A stretch of 30,000 nt of DNA, taken from the NCBI RefSeq assembly GCF_025466085.1, contig NZ_JANLOD010000032.1:166482-196481 (forward strand). The letters run 5' to 3'. The notes beneath the pieces are model-generated. The model saw only the letters and a program-made list of their open reading frames with translations. It made no database searches and was not told the origin of the DNA. The stretch's first letter is position 1, and every line of letters starts with the position of its first letter. Shown here piece by piece: positions 24,984-30,000 of the stretch. The translations under genes and the position numbers were made by a program. Source of the DNA: Pseudomonas sp. 14P_8.1_Bac3. GTDB taxonomy: Bacteria > Pseudomonadota > Gammaproteobacteria > Pseudomonadales > Pseudomonadaceae.

Positions 24984-26090
24984 ATGAATAACAACAATGA
25001 AAATGATCCAGTTCGGCTCCTCGAAATGAGCCGCCGCAAGCTGTTGTTGGGAGCCGCCAGCCTGGCCGGTGCCGGTGCAGTGGCGGGTTTGTTTCCCACG
25101 ATGCTGTGGGCACAGACAACGCTGACTTTCTCCAACTCCTTCCGTTCGCTGACCAATCCCTACCACGCGATTTTCAATCGTGGCGGTGAAGCCTATGCCG
25201 CCAGCCAGAAGCTGCCGTACTCGCCGCTTGTGACCGAAGGCAACAGCCAGAAGGGCATTGCCGACATTCGCGCCTTGATCGCCAAGACTGACGGCAACCT
25301 GATCCTCAACGTCGAACCGAACGATTCCGCCGACGCCCGGGTCATCATCGAGCAATGCGTCAAGGCTGGCGTATACGTCACAACCATCTGGAACAAGCCG
25401 GATGACATGCATCCCTGGGACTACAGTCCGTATTGGGTGGCACACATGGCCGAGGATGGCCAGGCCGTGGGTGAGGCGGTGGCCATTGAACTGTTCGAAG
25501 CAATGGGTGGAAAGGGCGGTATCGTCGGCTTGGGCGGCATCTTCAGTAACGTTGCGTCGATCGGACGCCGCAGCGGCCTTGACGCTGCCTTGAAAAAATA
25601 TCCAGACATCAAGCTACTGGATTTCCAGGCGGCCGACTGGAGTGCCAACAAAGCGTTCCCGATCGTGCAGTCCTGGCTAACGCGTTTCGGCAGCGAGATC
25701 AAAGGCATCTGGTGCGCCAATGACGACATGGGCATGGGCGCACTGGAAGCGTTACGCGGCGAAGGGTTGGCGGGGACGATTCCGGTGGTTGGTATCGATG
25801 CTATCGAACAGGCCGTGGATGCCATTCGTACCGGCGAATATGTCGCCACCTCCAACCTGGACCCGTACTGGCTCGGCAGCATGGGATTGGCACTGGCGCA
25901 TGCGGCCAAAACCGGCCAGTTCGATCCGGCTAAAGAGCCTCACGAGCATCGCGAGTTCTATGTACGGCCACAGTTGATCACGAAGAAGAACGTCGAAGCC
26001 TTTTATGCGACCAACTTCAAGGGGACGCCGACGCTGGATGTCAGCGATTTCTGGGGTCGAATTGCCGGGCCCATTCGCTACAACTCGTAA
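24984..26090 (+). CDS. Periplasmic sugar-type ABC substrate-binding protein (ribose/PBP1 family) with a twin-arginine signal peptide
   Basis: GGAGG RBS. The N-terminus is ...EMSRRKLLLGAASLAGAGAVAGLFPTMLWAQ (the SRRxLL Tat motif). The rest has a PBP1-like pattern. Confidence 0.9.
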   Translation: MNNNNENDPVRLLEMSRRKLLLGAASLAGAGAVAGLFPTMLWAQTTLTFSNSFRSLTNPYHAIFNRGGEAYAASQKLPYSPLVTEGNSQKGIADIRALIAKTDGNLILNVEPNDSADARVIIEQCVKAGVYVTTIWNKPDDMHPWDYSPYWVAHMAEDGQAVGEAVAIELFEAMGGKGGIVGLGGIFSNVASIGRRSGLDAALKKYPDIKLLDFQAADWSANKAFPIVQSWLTRFGSEIKGIWCANDDMGMGALEALRGEGLAGTIPVVGIDAIEQAVDAIRTGEYVATSNLDPYWLGSMGLALAHAAKTGQFDPAKEPHEHREFYVRPQLITKKNVEAFYATNFKGTPTLDVSDFWGRIAGPIRYNS

Positions 26091-26148
26091 CCCCTCAGTC
26101 ACGAATTTTCCTGTTTCTGCTGCCCTTTAACCAGAGGCGCAGCGGTAC

Positions 26149-27132
26149 ATGAACGCTTTTTCAATGCCTGTTTCCGGAGTTATCGTCATGGTCCGCCTGC
26201 GACGGTTTTCATCGCTTATTGTCCTGCTGCTCATCGGTCTGCTCATCGGTTCGGTCAATCCCAGTTTTTTTGACCCGATGAACCTGGCTCGAATCGCCAC
26301 CACATCGTCAATTCCGCTACTGATGGCGTTGGGGGGACTGTTCGTTATTCAGATGGGAAGTATCGACCTTTCCGTTGAAGGGGTTGTTGCGGTCTCAGCG
26401 GTATCGCTCGCTTTGCTGATCGGCAACTCCATCAATAGCCACGCCATTGGGTTTTGGGCGCTGCCGATAGCGATCCTGGTTGGCGCACTGACCGGTCTTA
26501 TCAACGGGCTGTTGCAAGTCAAAATGCGCATCCCGTCGTTCATGGCCACGCTGGGCGTCGGTTTCATCGGCATTGGCCTGGCCACCGCTTTGCTTGAAGG
26601 CAACACCGTGCGGGTGCTCGACATGAATACCCGGGCGATTGCCTTGACTCGCCTGATGGGGTTGCCGGTATCGGTCTGGATTGTGGTGTTGGCGCTGGGT
26701 GTCGCTCACTTCATTTCCCGGCACACGACGCTGGGGCGGCACGCGCTGGCCATTGGTGGCGGGGAGGATCTGGCGCGACTCAATGGCATCAACGTCAACC
26801 GTACGCGGATCACCATTTTCGCTTTGGCCGGGGCCTTTTACGGGTTGGCGGCGATCCTCGCCGTGGCTCAGTTCGGGCAAGGGCATGCATTGATTGCCCA
26901 AGGCCAACTGTTTACCGCGATCACTGCGATTGTCGTTGGCGGCGCCTCATTGGCAGGTGGCAATGGCAGCCCGTTGGGAACGTTGCTGGGGGTGTTGATC
27001 GTCGTGGTGGTCAGCAATGGCATGGTGCTGATGGGGGTCGCCCCCTACGTCCAGCAAGGTGTGCAGGGCGTGCTGATTATTGCCGCTGTAGCCATCGCCC
27101 TCGATCGTGCGAAAGCACGTGTCGTCAAGTGA
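26149..27132 (+). CDS. ABC transporter permease (ribose/BPD-2 type), first of two
   Basis: It is multi-pass hydrophobic, with the characteristic ...LSVEGVVAVSAV..., ...IPSFMATLG... and ...GGASLAGGNGSPLGTLLGVL... motifs. The alternative start ATG 26188 has a better RBS (GGAG 8 nt upstream). Confidence 0.9.
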   Translation: MNAFSMPVSGVIVMVRLRRFSSLIVLLLIGLLIGSVNPSFFDPMNLARIATTSSIPLLMALGGLFVIQMGSIDLSVEGVVAVSAVSLALLIGNSINSHAIGFWALPIAILVGALTGLINGLLQVKMRIPSFMATLGVGFIGIGLATALLEGNTVRVLDMNTRAIALTRLMGLPVSVWIVVLALGVAHFISRHTTLGRHALAIGGGEDLARLNGINVNRTRITIFALAGAFYGLAAILAVAQFGQGHALIAQGQLFTAITAIVVGGASLAGGNGSPLGTLLGVLIVVVVSNGMVLMGVAPYVQQGVQGVLIIAAVAIALDRAKARVVK

Positions 27133-27141
27133 GGAGGTCCC

Positions 27142-28644
27142 ATGCTCACGCTCAATAATGTCAGTAAACGGTTCAACGGCGTCACGGTGCTGAAGAACAT
27201 TTCGCTTGAAGTGCGCAAACACGAAGTTGTCGGGCTGATCGGCGAAAACGGTGCAGGCAAATCGACGTTGATGAAGATTCTCACCGGTGTCTACCAACCG
27301 GATGAAGGTCATTTGGAACTCGATGGTTCGCCAATCCTGCTCGATGGTCCGCGTGGCGCCACCGCCAACGGCATCGCCATGGTTTACCAGGAGCAATCGA
27401 TCCTGCTCAACCTGTCGGTCGCTGAAAACCTGTTCATGGGGCGCGAGGACGAGTTCTCGCGCTTCGGTTGGCTGAACTGGAAAAAACTGCACAAGGCTGC
27501 TCGCCTGCAATTGGCCAAAGTCAATCTGGATATCGACCCTGGCATGTTGTGCAGTGAGTTGAGCTTCGGTCAGCGGCAAATGATTGAACTGGCCAAGGCC
27601 CTGGCACTGGAAGAGCGTACTGACGGTCATTTGGTGATCCTTCTGGATGAGCCGACCTCGGCACTCGAACAAAAGGAAATTGACACATTGTTCCGCTTGG
27701 TGCGGCAACTCAAGTCCCGTGCTTCGTTCATCTTCGTCTCCCATCGACTGGACGAGTTACTCGACCTCAGTGACCGGGTTTATGTGATGAAGGACGGGGA
27801 AGTGGTGGCGCAAATGGACGCCGCCGAAGCCTCGAAAGACCGCTTGCACACCTTGATGGTAGGTCGTTCGCTGCATGCCGAGTTTTACCGTGAGTCACTC
27901 CAGCAGCCGTGCTTGTCCGAGGTCGTGATGTCGGCGCGCGAGTTGGCGCTCGACGGCCACTTTTCCAGCCTGGATTTCGATTTGCATCGTGGAGAAGTGC
28001 TTGGCATCGCCGGGGTCATTGGCTCGGGCCGTGAAGAGTTGTGTCGGGTGCTGGCCGGTTTGATGCCTAAAAGTCGCGGTGAAATCCAGGTGCAAGGCCG
28101 TCGTTTGGACACTGGAAACCCGCGGGCGGCGATTCGTGCGGGTATCGGTTACATCCCCCGTGAACGCAAGGTTGAAGGCATCGTTTCAATGCTCAGCGTG
28201 GCGCAGAACATGACCCTGGCGCGCATCGGTCAAGTGACCTCGCTTGGGCTGCTCGATGAGCGCAAAGAGCGTTCGATCGCCGAAGACTGGATCAAGCGCC
28301 TGAGCATCAAAACCCCGGGACCGGATGCTTTGCTGCTCAACCTCAGTGGTGGCAACCAGCAAAAAGTGGTGTTGGCCAAGTGGCGCAATGCGGGCTCCAC
28401 AATTCTGATTCTGGATCACCCGACTCGCGGGCTGGATGTGGGTGCCAAGGAAGACGTTTACCAACTGATCCGCGAGATCACCCGCCAAGGCGTCTCGGTG
28501 ATTCTGACCGCCGATACCCTGGAGGAGATGATTGGGCTGAGTCACCGGATTCTGGTCATGCGAGATGGTGAAGTTGCTCAATCCTTCGACTGCCTGCCCG
28601 GCGCCAAGCCGCAGCAAGTAGACCTGATCAAGTATATGGTTTGA
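27142..28644 (+). CDS. Sugar ABC transporter ATP-binding protein with tandem ABC domains
   Basis: GAGGAGG RBS. Domain 1 has Walker A GENGAGKST, signature LSFGQRQ and Walker B VILLDEPT. Domain 2 has the degenerate Walker A GVIGSGREEL, signature LSGGNQQK and ILILDHPTRGLD. Confidence 0.95.
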   Translation: MLTLNNVSKRFNGVTVLKNISLEVRKHEVVGLIGENGAGKSTLMKILTGVYQPDEGHLELDGSPILLDGPRGATANGIAMVYQEQSILLNLSVAENLFMGREDEFSRFGWLNWKKLHKAARLQLAKVNLDIDPGMLCSELSFGQRQMIELAKALALEERTDGHLVILLDEPTSALEQKEIDTLFRLVRQLKSRASFIFVSHRLDELLDLSDRVYVMKDGEVVAQMDAAEASKDRLHTLMVGRSLHAEFYRESLQQPCLSEVVMSARELALDGHFSSLDFDLHRGEVLGIAGVIGSGREELCRVLAGLMPKSRGEIQVQGRRLDTGNPRAAIRAGIGYIPRERKVEGIVSMLSVAQNMTLARIGQVTSLGLLDERKERSIAEDWIKRLSIKTPGPDALLLNLSGGNQQKVVLAKWRNAGSTILILDHPTRGLDVGAKEDVYQLIREITRQGVSVILTADTLEEMIGLSHRILVMRDGEVAQSFDCLPGAKPQQVDLIKYMV

Positions 28645-28656
28645 GAGAGTACAAAA

Positions 28657-29604
28657 ATGCCCATTTCCCTTAGCGGATTTCGCAGTCAGGCGCCTTTGCT
28701 GGCCTTGATTGTTCTGGTTGCACTGATCGGCGGATATGACCCTGGGTTCATTCACCCCGGTGCTGTTCTTGGTCTGCTTGCCGACACCTCGACACTGTTT
28801 GTGATGGCGACCGGCATTACTTTTGTATTGCTCATCGGCGGTATCGATCTGTCTTCCCAGGCCGTGGCTTCCATGGCCAGTGTGATTGTCGCGCTGTTGT
28901 TGCCGGCTTACGGATTCTGGGCTTTCCCGATCGGGCTCGGCTTGGGAATCGCGACCGGCGCACTCAGTGGCTTGCTGCATACGTGGCTGCGACTGCCCTC
29001 GTTCATTGTCACCCTGGCGGTCGGCGGCGTCGTTACCAGTGTCACCATGCTCGCGTCGAACAATCGGTCGATCAATATCGACGGCGCAGAGCGCGATGCC
29101 TGGTTTGGCTGGGTCACTGGCCATACCGCCGGAATTCCCAATGAAGTCTGCGTGGCCTTTGTTGTGCTCATGCTGTGCATTTTCCTGCATCGCAAGACGC
29201 CTTTCGGTCGGTTCGGCAACGCCATTGGGGCCGGTGAGCCCGCTGCCTGGGCGTCGGGTATCAACGTCAATCGCATCAAGATCATGACCTTCGCGATCTC
29301 GGCCGGTCTGGCGGCGTTGTCTGGAATCATCATGGCCGGAAGGCTGTCCAGCGGTTCACCCACTTTGGCCAATGAGTTCCTGTTGCCGGCAATCGCGGCG
29401 GTACTGGTGGGGGGCACGGCATTGACCGGTGGCGTGGGTGGCGTCTGGCGAACGCTGATTGGTGCGCTGCTGGTTTCCGTGGTGCGGATCGGCATGACGT
29501 TCGTGGGTGTCAGCGTGTTTGCCCAACAGATCGTTTTCGGCGTGATCCTGATCATCGCAGTGGCCTTCACCATCGATCGTTCGAAGCTTCCGGTCGTCAA
29601 GTAA
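28657..29604 (+). CDS. ABC transporter permease (ribose/BPD-2 type), second of two
   Basis: 315 aa, with the same family motifs as the first permease (IDLSSQAVASMASV, LPSFIVTLAVGG, GGTALTGGVGGVWRTLIGAL). Confidence 0.9.
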   Translation: MPISLSGFRSQAPLLALIVLVALIGGYDPGFIHPGAVLGLLADTSTLFVMATGITFVLLIGGIDLSSQAVASMASVIVALLLPAYGFWAFPIGLGLGIATGALSGLLHTWLRLPSFIVTLAVGGVVTSVTMLASNNRSINIDGAERDAWFGWVTGHTAGIPNEVCVAFVVLMLCIFLHRKTPFGRFGNAIGAGEPAAWASGINVNRIKIMTFAISAGLAALSGIIMAGRLSSGSPTLANEFLLPAIAAVLVGGTALTGGVGGVWRTLIGALLVSVVRIGMTFVGVSVFAQQIVFGVILIIAVAFTIDRSKLPVVK

Positions 29605-29631
29605 TACATCCCAATACGGTGGAAAACAGCA

Positions 29632-30000
29632 ATGAAAGTCCTTGTGTCAATCAAGCGGGTGGTCGACTACAACGTCAAGGTTCGCGTCAAGGCGGACAAT
29701 TCCGGCGTCGACCTCGCCAACGTCAAGATGTCGATGAACCCGTTCTGCGAAATCGCCGTGGAAGAAGCCGTACGCCTGAAAGAACAGGGGGTTGCCAGCG
29801 AGGTAGTGGTCGTCAGCATCGGCAGCAGCGCGGCTCAGGAACAATTGCGCACGGCCCTGGCATTGGGTGCTGACCGTGCGGTATTGGTCGAGGCCGCTGA
29901 AGACATGGGCTCGCTGGCCGTTGCCAAACTGTTGAAAGCGGTTGTCGACAAGGAACAGCCTCAGCTGGTGATCCTTGGCAAACAAGCGATCGACAGCGAC
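29632..30000 (+). CDS. etfB: Electron transfer flavoprotein beta subunit, N-terminal 123 codons (continues past the window end)
   Basis: This ORF is not in the supplied track because it runs off the window. My translation from ATG 29632 is [53 protein letters not shown]...LGADRAVLV...[15 protein letters not shown], a textbook EtfB N-terminus. Confidence 0.93.
   Translation, partial: MKVLVSIKRVVDYNVKVRVKADNSGVDLANVKMSMNPFCEIAVEEAVRLKEQGVASEVVVVSIGSSAAQEQLRTALALGADRAVLVEAAEDMGSLAVAKLLKAVVDKEQPQLVILGKQAIDSD

Noticed and set aside
26947-29654. Long minus-strand ORFs (26947-27744, 28186-29190, 28908-29654) across the ABC transporter genes
   Set aside because: All are antisense to CDSs with Walker and signature motifs or permease motifs. 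Their composition is typical of reverse-frame translation.
1-30000. CRISPR arrays, rRNA genes, IS elements with terminal inverted repeats, and REP-type repeat clusters
   Set aside because: No regularly spaced direct repeats, rRNA-like segments, transposase ORFs or recurring intergenic repeat units were seen, apart from the three operator copies reported above.

Overview
The gene content and codon style look like a Pseudomonas chromosome; this is an inference, as no search was run. The window has three parts.

**1. Core genes, 1-4850.** This holds the 3' two-thirds of putA and a low-GC methyl-accepting chemotaxis protein.

**2. A decayed integration hotspot, about 4.85-9.0 kb.**
- An orphan 45-nt 3' half of tRNA-Pro(GGG) with its terminator.
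- A truncated integrase N-terminus on one side of that fragment.
- An intact tyrosine integrase and an Xis-like gene on the other side, followed by five small unassignable ORFs, one on a low-GC opposite-strand segment.
- No phage structural genes and no second att copy appear in the window.

**3. Accessory and metabolic genes, 9-30 kb.**
- A secreted SnoaL-like protein, a degraded Cache-like gene and an SRPBCC protein.
- An IclR-GlcG-MFS unit.
- A large unassigned catabolic cluster:
  - a minus-strand operon (ACAD, SDR, DUF993-like, TIM-barrel isomerase/epimerase-like, ExuT-like MFS)
  - a YdiF-like CoA-transferase
  - a TetR regulator
  - a bet-like ALDH plus GMC oxidoreductase pair
  - a ribose-type ABC importer with a Tat-signal binding protein
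  - an immediately following etfB

**Most informative signal.** An 18-26 bp imperfect palindrome, GTAAmCAAC(C/T)(G/A)GTTAkTTAT, occurs once in each of the three promoter regions of this cluster. This suggests a single regulon that links sugar-type uptake to CoA-thioester and ETF chemistry.

**Not found.** I saw no CRISPR array, rRNA, complete tRNA, IS transposase or recognisable defence-system gene. All family calls come from motifs read by eye in the ORF translations, with no database search.
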